Below, in pieces: positions 48,976 through 63,049 of a DNA stretch of 64,000 nt. The position numbers were made by a program, and so were the translations under genes. The DNA comes from Anthoceros angustus. Lineage: Eukaryota > Plantae > Anthocerotophyta. The notes beneath the pieces were generated by a model that did not search any database, was not told the origin of the DNA, and worked only from the letters and a program-made list of their open reading frames with translations. The stretch is taken from assembly GCA_010909165.1 (NCBI GenBank), contig MU008166.1, positions 1,364,001 through 1,428,000 of the forward strand, written 5' to 3'. Every line of letters begins with the position of its first letter. The stretch's first letter is position 1.

Positions 48976-51900
48976 CATCCTTGTCATTTTGTCTATCACA
49001 ACCTCTTCCCTAAATTACTTGATTTGGTTTGTTGAGACCATGCATGAACCGCTTGCGCAAAAATCGGTCTTGTTTACAGAAATCCATATTGAGAATAGTG
49101 ACCCATGATCAATCATCAAAGGGCGTCAATCAAACATTATAGTATGGCTGGCTTAAAAGCAAATTGGTCTTGATGTTGATCAAGCTCAATAAAAAAACAT
49201 GGGCTGCTTGCATACAAACCACAGCATGGGGTACATCTTAGAACAACACAAGAACATGGGTTTGATCAAACTAACCTAAGAACAAAGCTTGAGAGGCCTC
49301 GCTAAGGCAGGAACCCATTGTGCATGCTTCTTCAACAGTAAGGCGGCAAAGGTTTATGGTACTCATGGACTACACTACACCTTTGATCTAGCACCTCATG
49401 CTTTTAGGCTAGGAGGTTTGACACCACCACTTGTTGCTCTCACACGGCAGGCTTGGCTCAAGTAATACGTTAATAAGTGTGGTTTTGTACTTGTGACGAT
49501 GACTCACAATTACACCGATTGGGTGATGTCTCACCGGTAAGGAATCACAAAGTGAAACATGACTGCCTCAACTTATTGGGGTGTGGTTCTCTTCTGAAGC
49601 GGCCAGGGAACCTCTTCACTTGTGGCCTCGGCTTGGAGCATGATGCAAACAACCTGAATGTACAAATTGTGGTTCAACGGATCAATGTCACCATGGTCGA
49701 TGCATGTCATCGGTGACCAAGCGGTGCGAACCAAAGTATGATATGGGTGGTGGTTGGCTAGATGACCAGCAAAGAATGTGCAATACAACTAATGATATAT
49801 TTTAACATGGATTTTTTTTTAATTTATTATTTTGAAAATAAATTAAAACATTAAAAATCTTCAACAATGATTTATGTTACCATTAGATTTCAGTCATCTG
49901 AGTGTGAAGAAGATGATGGGTAAGGGAGAAGAACAAGAAAAATTTACCTGGAGAATAAGAAGGAATGGATGAACATGGATGAGGGGTGGACAAGTGAGAA
50001 TGAAGAAACATTAAAAACAACAAGTGCAAATGAACAGAAAAGGCGAGATATGACTAATGGTCCTCAATACAAGTAAAATGATCGAGGACAACAAGCGTGA
50101 CAGTGAAAAGTCATGAGAACAACATGGATAACTTCCCCCTTGGTGGCAGCAAAAACCAGGATGAAACTTGGGCAGATGAAAAAAGCATTCCGAGGCATCA
50201 GATCCATCTGTGAAAACAAAAACCAATAGCATCGGTTTCACAACATATGTAGGCAGGCATACCAAAACTCTTAAGCCGACTTCACTCCTCCTGCCTTCTA
50301 GAAAGCGATGGCAACAAGCGCGTACACCATAAGATGGTGCAACCAGATGCACGAGACCTTGCACCATCATTAATCGAGTTGCACGGTTACCAATTTAACA
50401 CGATTTATGCATTGCAGATGAAGTGGGATAAGAGCCAAAAATGATCAAAAGGTTAGACAATCACCTTCAATTGCACCTGATATGTGACATGTATTACCAA
50501 GCCTTAGTGGTTTAAAATTGAAGATGCCGATTGGAAAATTTGTGGAGATGGCCCAATGCATGTATTAACAAGAAACCCATATCAGTGATGTAATCGCTCA
50601 GATCTCCACAAATCTATTAAACCTCTGTAGGGTTGCGATCCTGAATTGAAATCCAAATCCACGGTGAAGTTCTTGCACCAAAGTGAGATAACAATAGTGG
50701 AACTAGAATAAATGGCACATCACAAAAGTGGGAGCCCTGAAGATGGGGCACAAAACTAAAAACAAGAGGGGCCCATAAGTGCACAAAATCACGGTTAAAA
50801 CCATATGCCCAGGAAGCGTGAGCAAAAGAGGCATAAAGCCCTTACCACAATTAGAACATAAGAAGGTGAATGGCCTCAAAATAGGAAAACATGAGATAAC
50901 ATAAGAGGAACAAAACAATGACTCATAGGGCAGAAATCACATTAATGAAGTTTAGTCTAGCAAAGCGGTGCGCAAAAAAAGCGGCAAGAACATTACAAAG
51001 CAGATACCACACCCATACATGCATTTTTGTAGCCAATATATGACATCCTGATCCACAACTAGGTTAGCACCATTAGTGACATAAGAGAATCACATGAAAG
51101 ACATACCCGCCCATGTTGTAAAGTATTATTACAAAAACAAAAGAACCAAGGAAATGTCTCAAGTCCATTAAATGGTATATTACATTAACGTGTAAGGAAA
51201 TATCAAATATCCATTTATAGTACCTATCTAATAGAAATTTGAAAGTAGGAGGTACAATAGGAGGAGTATCCAGTCTGTGACCTCATCACGCTAAAGGACA
51301 CATGAAAGTGGGCAAGTGCTCCTCCTTGTCCTCCTCGGCATTTCTTCAACACCTCTTTCTCATCCATAAGTGGTTCTTTTCATCTATCAAACAATAAGTG
51401 TGGTCTATAAAATGATCTTTGCATCTATCTACAAAAGTCAATGGTGGTCTAAAATTGAACATCTATCAAACAATAAGTGTGGTATAAAATTGAACATCTA
51501 TCAAACAATAAGTGGTTTGTGAACATCTATCAAACAATAAGTGGTCTATAAAATTGAACATCTATCAAACAATAATGATCAATAATTCTCCTTCAAACAT
51601 CAAAATTGAATTTAAATGTCCAAGCCTTTCTTGCTTATCACCATCGTGCATTCCATACCTTGCCTTTATCTCATTTATCACCCAATCTTGATACCTTGCA
51701 ATAATTAAAAGATGAGTGCTCCTAGACCATGGCAAGCGTTGACCAGCTCAAAAAAAAGAGACAAGCAGAAAAAGAGAGTCCACTGATGTCACATCGCTTG
51801 GGAAGGCAAATTGATGGACTTGACAAATAAGTTTTATGGTTAAAGTAAAAAGTAGAAAGTTAAAGTAGATCATGCTAATAATAATAAAAAATATATATAC

Positions 51901-51989
51901 TATGGTGAGTATGATAAAATAAAAAAAAATGGTTGAAATTCCATTCGCATACTCGCATGGATAGTTCTCAGGCGAGGGCACCAGGTGTT

Positions 51990-52866
51990 GACACACGACT
52001 TATAACATAGCAAGGCATCGCCCTACTTAACCTCCAAGGTTTGTAACTACACACTTTGGTGTGCGGGTTAGATGCTTAAGTACTTAGTGGAACTTGTGCA
52101 TATTTAGTGTTACTTGTGCCCTAGCTTGTCGATATATGATTGGGCGGTTTTGAACTTCAATTTTACATTTGGATTTTGTTGTGATCTTGTCTCACGTTTA
52201 AGTTGAAGTCTCTAACTTTGTGATACTTGAGCCACTTTGTTGCAACCCTAGCAGTTATTGTGGTTCTCTTCTGAGCTCGTCGAACCACTAAGCCAAACAA
52301 CCACTTGGATCTTGATGGCAAACCAATGACCATTGAGGCAATTGATATGCGAATGATAATACAAGCGGCAAACCAACGACCCCCAAATGGGAGTGTGGCG
52401 GCACATGTTATAGGAAGAGGTAGTGACCTCACCATAGTCAAAAGTGCAGAGGTCTTGGATGCGGAGCTAGATGTGTACCATGGTCAAGTGATGCGAGATT
52501 GCATATCATGAAGACTTCATGTTAGCACAATTTAGTATGCAAATTTAAAGGTGGAAACAAGAAGGGCACTGATATGTATGTAATATGGTTGTATGTTTCT
52601 TTGTTGTTGCAAAGAATAGCATACATAAATAAATAAATAATTTTTATTTACTATGCTAGTGAAAAATAATCACTATACTAAACATGTATACATACAATAC
52701 CTAGAGGTGAAGAAGTTTCATAGTTTTCTAAATACAATTAATAACTATGAAGAAGAAGAAGAGAAGAAGAAGAAGAAGAAGAAGAAGAAGAAGAAGAAGA
52801 AGAAGAAGAAGAAGAAGAAGAAGAAGAAGAAGATGAAGAAGATGAAGAAGAAGAAATTTATTCAAC
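51990..52866 (-). repeat. Inverted partial copy of repeat A including the (GAA)n tract 52749-52855
   Basis: Reverse complement of ~825-1800. Confidence 0.9.
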
Positions 52867-52869
52867 CTC

Positions 52870-53560
52870 CCGCATCCACCACTAGGTTAGCACCGATCAC
52901 GACGAATTAGCTTAAATCCAACATCCACCAAAGCTAAGATTACCACGCACCACCAACACCGCCGCCAGATAACAAATGCTAGAACGCTAGAATAAACAGC
53001 GGACATCACCGAAAGAGGTGAGCCTGTCAAGATGGGCGTGCACAAGAGCAACCAAAAACAACGGGCCCCGAAGTGCACAAAATCACAGCCTGAAACCATG
53101 CTTTTGAGAGCCACGAAAAAAGAAGCGTGATCACCAAGCCCTTACCACGAGGATTAGAACACTAGAATAAGAAGGTGGGCATCACCTCAAAATAGGAAAG
53201 CACGCCAAGATGGGCATAAGAGGAACAAAATCAAGAGGCCACGACCAAGCGCATGAAATCACATGGCGAACACAGTCGGCCTCTAGCGGAGAGCAAGAAA
53301 AAGAAGCAAGCACCCACATTACAAGCAACATTACAAGCAACCCATACCACCAAAGACCTATACATCGAGGAAATCACTAGCACCCCCATCCTTCATAATA
53401 TATCCAAAGATCTGATCCACAACTAGGTTAGCACCACACAGTGTGCCCCAACATCAAGAATCATTCACCCATGTCGAGTCCCGATACCATGTTGTAAAGT
53501 GTAACACCACGCAGAGAAGATTTAACCTTTGCCGAGATGTCTAAAGTCTTCCGCAGCTGG
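52870..53560 (+). repeat. Diverged copy of the A-rich block at ~50690-51130
   Basis: Shared aagtgcacaaaatcac, aagcccttaccac, aaaataggaaa and gatccacaactaggttagcacca. Confidence 0.7.
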
Positions 53561-54589
53561 TCGCATTGAATCGTAGCTACCGCCCCGATCACCAAATGCG
53601 GCCTCCATGCCGACTGCTCCACCTCGTGATCACTGGAATAGAAGAGGCTTTAGAAGCCTTAGGAGGTGAGACAATGAGGGAGAAGGCCGCGCTCAGGATC
53701 CTCTGTCAGAGTCCGGGCCCCTATGGAGAGAGCCGAATCGCCTCCTCCTTGTCCTCCTCCGACGCCATTTCTTCAACTTGCACCTCTTTCTCATCCATCC
53801 CAAGAAAGTTCTTCCCTTCGCCTTTTTGCCTCCTTCGCCTCCTTCGCCTTCAAAGGAAGGCTCACCACACATTTGTACGCTTTTCTACCAAAAGTCCCAA
53901 GGCCATGGACCGGCACTGTGAGTTGCAACATCTATTCCATAGATGGGTATAATAGATCATCTACGTGCTCCAAACAGAGTGTGTGCCATACAAAGCCTAT
54001 GTTCTGCTTTGCATCAAAGGCATCGACAACACGTCCGCCTCCCAATCTCTCCTTCAAACCCATCAAAACTTGTCGCTCAACGCCAAGCCTTTCTAAGCTT
54101 CCCATCACCATCGTAGCAATTCCATACCTTCTCAAGGTAGTATCTCTCGCTCCGGCGCGGGAGCAATCTACATTGGCCCGCTCAAATTGCGAGCTTCCTT
54201 AAACGATGAGTGCTCCCTGAGCCATGGCAAGAAAAAGCAGGGCTGACACGAGGAGGAGGAGGGGGAGGAAGCAGAAGAGGATCGAGGAAGGAGAGAGGGA
54301 CGATCAATGTCAACGAAGCAGCTTGTCAACGTAAAGTGAGTGATTTAGACTTACCTAAAGTTAAGTTTTATGGTTAAAGTAAAAAGTAGAAAGTTAAAGT
54401 AGATCATACTAATAATAATAAAAAATATATATACTATAAGGTAAGAAGTATGATAAAATATATAAAAGTAAATGGTTCAAAATTCATATTCACACCATTC
54501 ATACTCTATCACAAGATAGCCAAATGTACTTTGCCATATGGCACAAAAGTGTGGCACCAAAGCATGCTTGCACCCCACACGACTTACAG

Positions 54590-56035
54590 ATAACCGTATA
54601 GCAAGACGAACTGCACCCTACTTAACCTCCAAGGTTTGTAACTAGACACTTTTTTGTGCCAGGTTAGATGCTTAAGTACTTAGTGGAACTTGTGCATATT
54701 TAGTGTTACTTGTGCCCTAGCTTGTCGATATATGATTGGGCGGTTTTGAACTTCAATTTTTACATTTGGATTTTGTTGTTTGATCTTGTCTCAGCTTTAA
54801 GTTGAAGTCTCTAACTTTGTGATACTTGAGCCCCGACTTTGTTGCAACCCTCGCTATTGTGGTTCTCTCATCGCAAAAGCTCGAACCACTAAGCCAAACA
54901 ACCACTTGGATCTTGATGGCAAACCAATGACCATTGAGGCAATTGATATGCGAATGATAATACAAGAAACCAACGACCCCAAATGGGAGTGTGGGCACAT
55001 GTTATAGGAAGAGGAGGTAGCCACCCACCGCCATAGTCAAAAGTGCAGGTCTTGGATGCGGAGCTAGATGTGTACCATGGTCAAGTGATGCGAGATTGCA
55101 TATCGCAAGACTTCATGTTAGCACAATTTAGTCAGATGCAAATTTAAAGGTGGAAACAAGAAGGGCTGATATGTATGTAATATGGTTGTATGTTTCTTTG
55201 TTGTTGCAAAGAATAGCATACATAAATAAATAAATAAATAATTTTTATTTACTATGCTAGTGAAAAATAATCACTATACTAAACATGTATACATACAATA
55301 CCTAGAGGTGAAGAAGTTTCATAGTTTTCTAAATACAATTAATAACTTGAAGAGATGAAGAAGATGAAGAAGAAGAAGAAGAAGAAGAAGAAGAAGAAGA
55401 AGAAGAAGAAGAAGAAGAAGAAGAAGAAGATGAAGAAGAGAAGAAGAAGAAATTTATTCAAGTCCACTAAGGACGGATCCATAGGATTGAAATATGGCAA
55501 CTACATAGATTGCGGTAAAATGGTCTAGACGAATGCAAAGGTAAAATTCAAACAAGACAAATAATCTTCAATCAATCAATAATGTTAATGAAATGCATGA
55601 GCGAGGGCTAAACACACAAATTCATCCCCATGAAAGAAAGCCATTGACTTACGGCCTGACTGGAAAATAACTTCTCCTTCTTAATCTTCCATTGCAATGG
55701 TGTAAGATCGGTATTGATATATAAGCGAGTCGTCTAACATAGACCTAGCCTTCATAACTGGAGGCGATCATCCATGGAGTGAAAAGTCATAATCAATATG
55801 CGGTCTCTACCAAGATCCTTTCCAAGAAGGCTCGAGCAACCACCACATCGACCTCTAGCCTATTGAGAAACTCCTTTGCAGCCACAAGTGGTGCAACAAT
55901 GTCATTACCAAGACCATAAATTCTCAAGTTCAATGCAGCGAGCATCCGCCTTGATGTTACCACGGACAAGAAGGAGCGGGGATCGATATCATTAACTCCC
56001 ATGGGTTTCTACCATAAGCGTCAGGTAGAAAGGGG
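54590..56035 (-). repeat. Inverted near-full copy of repeat A (ORF1-like remnant; GAA tract 55349-55451)
   Basis: Reverse complement of ~240-1810. The minus-strand translation LNLRIYGLGNDIVAPLVAAKEFLNRLEVDVVVARAF is identical to that at 289-696. Confidence 0.92.
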
Positions 56036-59000
56036 TTTCTCCAGAACTTTTTGCACATGCTTCAAAAAATTGCATGCTAAAAATCCACTAAAAGACCATT
56101 TTGAATAGTTTAGGTCTTGTTTACGTGTGCACAAACGTACTTGATTTTTAATTTTATCCAATTTTGAGCCTTCCTAAAAGAAGGTCATTCTCACAATCGA
56201 CGTGTACAAACATTTAGAGTGTTTAGGGCTTCTTTTGATTTTGGTGTGCAAACTTTTTCAACCTTTCACTGCATCAATCCTAAGACTATACTCTCGCTAT
56301 GGAATCCTACAAGACTTTGTTTCTTAGACATTTGGCACAATAATATCTTGACTTGATGCTCTTCTTGATTCGCATGCAATGCGAGAAAGAAAGTGGTATG
56401 GTGTGCACTTGAGGCAAGCCAAATGTCTAAAGATTCAAAAGATGCACAAGGTTCTCTCTATTGTTTCGTTGTTTGAGGTTTTGTTTTGTTTTATGTTTTA
56501 TGTTTTTTATTTTTTCTTTATTATGCCTTAATTTTTTTGTGCTAGTGGTTTAATTTATATTATTGTAGTAATGTTTTTTCCGTTTGGCCATGAAATTTGA
56601 AAATGGAGATAAGATGAGAATCCCAATGCTTATGTATTCACAAGAAAAGCCCAAAGTAGGTCAAACCCTGCTATTCCACAGCAAAGTCTCTCTCTAACCT
56701 CTTATCCTACAAGTCTAGGTTTGTTTTTTACTAGTTTGATAGTCCTTGAAATCATCCTTGAAATCATAATATGATGAGTAGTTCTTTATGTAAAGTGTAC
56801 AAATTGGATGGTCTCATCTACACTAAAGTATTGGGGTCTCCTAATTGCCGCTTGCGCCTTATTGGGCACCTTGATAAAGATTTGGTCATGAAACTAGATA
56901 TCTGAATGGCTCTTTTGATGAAGGTTTGAATGCCATGGACAGCCCTTAGTAAAGCAGTTTTGGGAGGCCATCGTGAGCTTCAACATAAAGGTTCGTGGCA
57001 ATCAAGGCCAGCCTTAAGTTGACGTAAGTTTAGCATGCAATTCATAACATTAATAAGGTTAAAACTATGACCATGTTACCACATTTGGGCTGAAGTGTTA
57101 GGCATGACATTGCTTAGTTCACGTCACAAAAGTTCATCAAGGAGAAACAAATGCCTTTGTCTAATCACGTGGTAACTATTTCCACATCAACTTCTATTCC
57201 TACATTTGGTGTAGTTTAGTTCTCAATTGACATGTTGTACATTAAGAAGGCAAGGTGAGGAGACTTAATTATTAAGTTGCACAACCATGCCATTTTGTTA
57301 CTAAGATGGACCAATACGAGCAGCGTGAAAGAAATTCAAAGATACCACAAAAGAAAATACCAAATATATAAAGGAGCCATCATCTAAGTGGTTGGTTGAG
57401 TTGCCCACCTTTGCAACGTTGCACCTTAGGAAAGCCTAACAATAAGTGGTTTGTTAAGTTGCTCATCCTCGCCACGTTCCACCTCAGGAACATCTATCAA
57501 ACAATAAGTGGTCGGTAAAATTGAACATCTATTAAACAATAAGTGGTGCAACAATGTCATTACCAAGACCATAAATTCTCAAGTTCAATGCACGGCGAGC
57601 ATTGTTGATGTTACCACCAGACAAGAAGGAGCGGGGATCGATATCATTAACTCCCATGGGTTTCTACCAATAGCGTCTAGAAAGGGGTTTCTCCAAGATT
57701 TTGCACATGGACTAAAACCCCAAATTGCATGCTAAAAATCCGCACTAAAAAGACCATTTTGAATAGTTTAGGTCTTGTTTACGTGTGCACAAACGTACTT
57801 GATTTTTAATTTTATCCAATTTTGAGCCTTCCTAAAGAAGGTCATTCTCACAATCGACGTGTACAAACATTTAGAGTTTTTAGTTTGTGTGATTTTGGTG
57901 TGCAAACTTGACCAACCTTTCACTGCATCAACAATCCTAAGACTATACTCGCTCTAGGAATCCTACAAGACTTTGTTTCTTAGACATTTGGCACAATAAT
58001 ATCTTCCTTGACGATGCTCTTCTTGATTCATGCAATGCGAGAAGAAAGTGGTATGGTGACTTGAATCGAGCCCAAGCCAAATGTCTAAAGATTCAAAAGA
58101 TGCACAAGGTTCTCTCTATTGTTTTGCACTGTTGTTTGAGGTTTGTTTTGTTTTGTTTTATGTTTTATGTTTTTTATTTTTTTCTTTATTATGCCTTAAT
58201 TTTGTTGTGCTAGTGGTTTAATTTTATATTATTGTAGTAATGTTTTTTCCGTTTGGCCATGAAATTTGAAAATGGAGATAAGATGAGAATCCCAATGCTT
58301 ATGTATTCACAAGAAAAGCCCAAAGTAGGTCAAACCCTGCTATTCCACAACGCAAAGTCTCTACGACTAACCTCTTATCCTACAAGTCTAGGTTTGTTTT
58401 CGCCTCACGTAGTTTGATAGTCCTTGAAATCATCCTTGAAATCATAATATGATGAGTAGTTCTTTCAAGTGTACAAATTGGATGGTCTCATCTACACTAA
58501 AGTATTGGGGTCTCCTAATTGCCGCTTGCACCTTGCAATATTGGGCACCTTGATAAAGATTTCGTGCCGCTAGATATACGAATGGCTCCTTGATGAAGGT
58601 TTGAATGCCATGGACAGCCCTTAGTAAGAAGCAGTTTTGGGAGGCCATCGTGAGCTTCAACATAAAGGTTCGTGGCAATCAAGGCCAGCCTTAAGTTGAC
58701 GTAAGTTTAGCATGCAATTCATAACATTAATAAGGTTAAAACTATGACCATGTTACCACATTTGGGCTGAAGTGTTAGGCATGACATTGCTTAGTTCACG
58801 TCACAAAGTTCATCATAAGTCCTGTTACTAACAAATTACAATTTATTACTCATTAATTATTACTAAATCTGATTAATTAACTCAAACTCCTCCCCTAAAG
58901 TTACAAGTAACCAAAACAAGAAAAGTAATATATGCAATAACTACGACTTTCATATGAACAAAAGAAAAGTCGATAGGCACCTGCGCAAAATAATCAATGA

Positions 59001-60920
59001 AACTAATTTTGAAAACTAGTAGTATTCCCTTTCTCTGAGACTACATATATAAGGCAAATCATAATCTAAGTTCCGATCTCATCTATTATTTTACCGCTGT
59101 TGTTTGAGGTTCTATTTTTTAATTTTTAATTTTATTCTCTTTTTTTTTCTGCTTTGTTACCCCATATTTTTTGTCGTGCTAGTGCTTCAATTTATATTAT
59201 TCAAGTAAATCGTTTTTGCGGTTTGGCCATGAAATTTGAAAATGGAGATAAGATGAGAATCCCTATGCTTATGTATTTACAAGAAAAGCCCAAAGTAGGT
59301 CAAACCCTGCTATTCCAGAACGCAAAGTCTCTCTACGACTAACCTCTTATCCTACAAGTCTAGGTTTGTTTTCTGCCCTACATAGTTTGATAGTCGAATC
59401 CATCCTTGAAATCATAATATGATGTTACATGATATGGTCTTGTTTACGGTGCACAAGCACTTGATTTTTAACTTTATCCAATTTTGAGCCTTCCTAAAGA
59501 AGGTCATTCTCAATCGGCACGTGTACAAACATTTAGAGTTTTTAGGGCTTTTGTAATTTTGGTGTGCAAACTTGTTTTGCACCAACCTTCACTCGTGCAT
59601 CAATCCTAAGACTATACTCTCGCTCTAGGAATCCTACAAGACTTTGTTTCTTAGACATTTGGCACAATAATATCTTCCTTGACACGATGCTCTTCTTGAT
59701 TCGCTGCAATGCGAAACGAAGTGGTATGGTGCACTTGAGGCCCAAGCCAAATGTCTAAAGATTCAAAAGATGCACAAGGTTCTCTCTATTGTTTTTTGTT
59801 GTTTGAGGTTTGTTTTGTTTTGTTTTGTTTTATGTTTTATTTTTCTTTATTATGCCTTAATTTTTGTTGTGCTAGTGGTTTAATTTATATTATTGTAGTA
59901 ATGTTTTTTCCGTTTGGCCATGAAATTTGAAAATGGAGATAAGATGAGAATCCCAATGCTTATGTATTCAAGAAAAGCCCAAAGTAGGTCAAACCACCTG
60001 CTATTCCACATAAAGTCTCTCTCGACTAACCTCTTATCCTACAAGTCTAGGTTTGTTTTACGCTCTCGTAGTTTGATAGTCCTTGAAATCATCCTTGAAA
60101 TCATAATATGATGAGTAGTTCTTTATGTAAAGTGTACAAATTGGATGGTCTCATCTACACTAAAGTATTGGGGTCTCCTAATTGCGCTTGCTTGCAATAT
60201 TGGGCACCTTGATAAAGATTTGGTGCAGCGAAACTAGATATATCTGAATGGCTCCTTTTGATGAAGGTTTGAATGCCATGGACAGCCCTTAAGAAGCGTT
60301 TTGGGAGGCCATCGTGAGCTTCAACATAAAGGTTCGTGGCAATCAAGGCCTTAAGTTGACGTAAGTTTAGCATGCAATTCATAACATTAATAAGGTTAAA
60401 ACTATGACCATGTTACCACATTTGGGCTGAAGTGTTAGGCATGACATTGCTTAGTTCACGTCACAAAGTTCATCAAGGCAAAACAAATGCCTTTGTCTAA
60501 TCACGTGTGGTAACTATTCCACATCAACTTCTATTCCTACATTTGGTGTAGTTTAGTTCTCAATTGACATGTTGTACATTAAGAAGGCAAGGTGAGGAGA
60601 CTTAATTATTAAGTTGCACAACCATGCCATTTTGTTACTAAGATGGACCAATACGAGAGCGTGAAATTCAAAGATACCACAAAGTACCAAATATATAAAG
60701 GAGCCATCATCTAAGTGGTTGGTTGAGTTGCCCACCTTTGCAACGTTGCACCTTAGGAAAGCCTAACAATAAGTGGTTTGTTAAGTTGCTCATCCTCGCC
60801 ACGTTCCACCTCAGGAACATCTATCAAACAATAAGTGGTCGGTAAAATTGAACATCTATTAAACAATAAGTGGTCGGTAAAATTGAACATCTATGAAACA
60901 ATAAGTGGTCGGTAAAATTG
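55886..60920 (+). repeat. Mosaic tandem array of ~1.1-1.65-kb AT-rich units
   Basis: ggccatgaaatttgaaaatggagataagatgagaatccc occurs at ~56586, 58256, 59225 and 59916. First unit 55886-57540 (1,655 bp). Confidence 0.92.
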
Positions 60921-61074
60921 CTCATCCTTGCAACGGTTCTACCTCGAGAACTCCTAACAATTGATTTGCCTAGGATATTGGTCCCATTTCTTAATTCGGT
61001 ATTCAGATATCCTGGAGGCTTTTGTTGCTCAAAGACTTTGCGTTCTGGAATAGTAGGGTTTGACCTAGTAGGGT

Positions 61075-61592
61075 GCAGTTTGTCTTGCTACAGGTTATCT
61101 GTAAGTCGTGTGTCAACACCTCCAGAGCCTCGAAGCCCCGTCCTTGGCAACAGGCCCCGCATTGATGACGAGCACCGCCGCCTTGCTTTCTTTTATTGAG
61201 CTTGATCAAGTCAAGACTCAATTTGCCTTCCTTCGCGCAGCGTTCCATACATATGGTGATCGCCACCGTGGTCCTTTGCCTTAAGCTTGATCAAGTCGTG
61301 CTTATTCTTTTTATTGAGCTTGATCAAGTCATCAAGACTCAATTTGCCTTCCTTAGCAGCAGCGGTTTCATGCATGTGGTGACCGCCGCTGTGGCCCTTT
61401 GCCTTAAGCTTGATCAAGTCATCCACATTCTTTTTATTGAGCTTAATCAAGTCATCAAGACTTAGATGACCACAACGTTGTCTTGGGTCCTCGAGCAACT
61501 CATAATGATTGCTTGGTCGCGAGGAATTCATTATTGCTTGGATGTTTGTGCTCTATAATGTATTTAAAATTGGTGAATATAGATTATTTCTG
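61075..61592 (+). repeat. Uninterrupted repeat Y with internal ~120-bp tandem subunits; contains the empty transposon site
   Basis: Colinear with 1775-2016 plus 10880-11043. Single ACAT at 61425-61428. Confidence 0.9.
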
Positions 61593-62700
61593 TCAAAAAT
61601 ATATTCAACCGTGGTGGTTGAAGGATCCTCAGGAGTAAAATGGTCCCGAAGGTGGCCATAGACCGTTCTAGACAAGCCACCCGAAGAGAGGTGCGGGGCA
61701 GTGGTTAAGGCCCGACCGAAGATGGCCCTGTCAAGACAGAAGAGCTCTTCCGGGACAAAGTCCCGAATATCCTGCGAAGTGGAGCTCCTTGGGCCCGGAT
61801 GAAGGGCGTGAAGAGCAGCAATGATCTCCTCGGAGGCAGCCGCCATCAGCACCGGGCGAAGAGCCCGTGCCGCCTTAGCATACTCCCCAGTGCGACCCAG
61901 TAGGAGGCACCATTTGAGGCGCGCCTTTGCAGGGTTCGGACGAACCTGATTGACCTTCGCAGAATCCAACCGAGACCTCACTGCGCACCCGGCCTCCTCC
62001 GTAAAAGCTCCCAATCCCGCGGAAGCGAAGGCGGAGGCAACCTCCGATGGAAAAACCACCACGGAGCGGCGAGACACCATCGAGGAGAAATAGGAACAAG
62101 GCGGCACCATCCCACAGGTCTGGCGCGGGCGGTCCAAGGAAGGCGCTAGGCGGGGACATCGTCGGCGCGTGAGGCGCCAAAAAGGCGGACCGAAGCGCGC
62201 CGTACAAAGCAAGATGATCAAGCGCCTGAAGCCCACAAGACTCGAGGGCCCAAGAGGGTACCAGGGCGGTGGGACAACGGAAGTAGATGAAGACGTAAAG
62301 TGAGCCTCCCAAGTCGTCCGATCAAAATCCTTGTGGACCCGACCAATGTAGTTCCTGAACCCGCAAGGCTTGAATAATTTCCCATACACGGGACATGGAG
62401 TGTCCTTCACAGGGACGGGAGAAGGGGGCCCCATGCATCAAAAACCCCCCTATTTGCGTGCCCCGGCGGACCCGGGAAGACCCGAAAGTAGGGGCACCCA
62501 GACACCGGTGGGAACACCTGCCGGGGACAAGACCAGCGACACCGAGCCGACCCACCGGCAGCCAGCGATGATATGGCCCAGCCTTGACACGGGCCACCCC
62601 ACACCCTCGCTTACACCGGTCCTCCGCTGACCGCACTCCTCTACACGCCCTTTACAAGATTCCTCCAGGTGCTCCTGCACCTTTATAGCGCTCTGCGGCT
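61593..62700 (-). mobile_element. CRE/R2-like (early-branching) non-LTR retrotransposon, 5' part, broken before the RT core
   Basis: ORF with degenerate zinc-finger-like segments (SCPRQVFPPVSGC; TPCPVYGKLF...GRVH). Pre-RT pattern LLLGRTGEYAKAARAL...EEIIAALHALHP...RALTTAPHLSSGGLSRTVYGHLRD. Clade assigned from memory of this motif set. Confidence 0.65.
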
Positions 62701-62717
62701 CACAGCGTTCCTCCACA

Positions 62718-63049
62718 GGCAAGGGCAGGGCAGGGGCAAGGCAAGGCAAGGCAAGGCAAGGGCAGGGCAAGGCAAGGCAAGGGCAGGGGCAAGGCAAGGG
62801 GCAAGGCAAGGCAAGGCAAGGGCAGGGCAAGGGCAGGCAAGGCAAGGCAAGGCAAGGCAAGGCAGGGCAGGGCAAGGCAAGGCAAGGCAAGGCAAGGCAA
62901 GGCAAGGCAAGGCAAGGCAAGGCAAGGGCAGGCAAGGCAAGGGGCAAGGCAAGGCAAGGGCAGGGGCAAGGCAAGGCAAGGCAAGGGCAGGGGCAAGGGC
63001 AGGCAAGGCAAGGCAAGGCAAGGGGCAAGGCAAGGCAAGGCAAGGCAAG
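62718..63049. repeat. (GGCAA)n/(TTGCC)n pentanucleotide microsatellite
   Basis: About 65 degenerate units abutting the 5' side of the CRE-like fragment. Confidence 0.97.

Noticed and set aside
53566-54202. Ulp1-type protease or other gene in 53566-54202
   Set aside because: No convincing His/Asp/Cys motifs in any frame; left as unassigned repeat-derived sequence.
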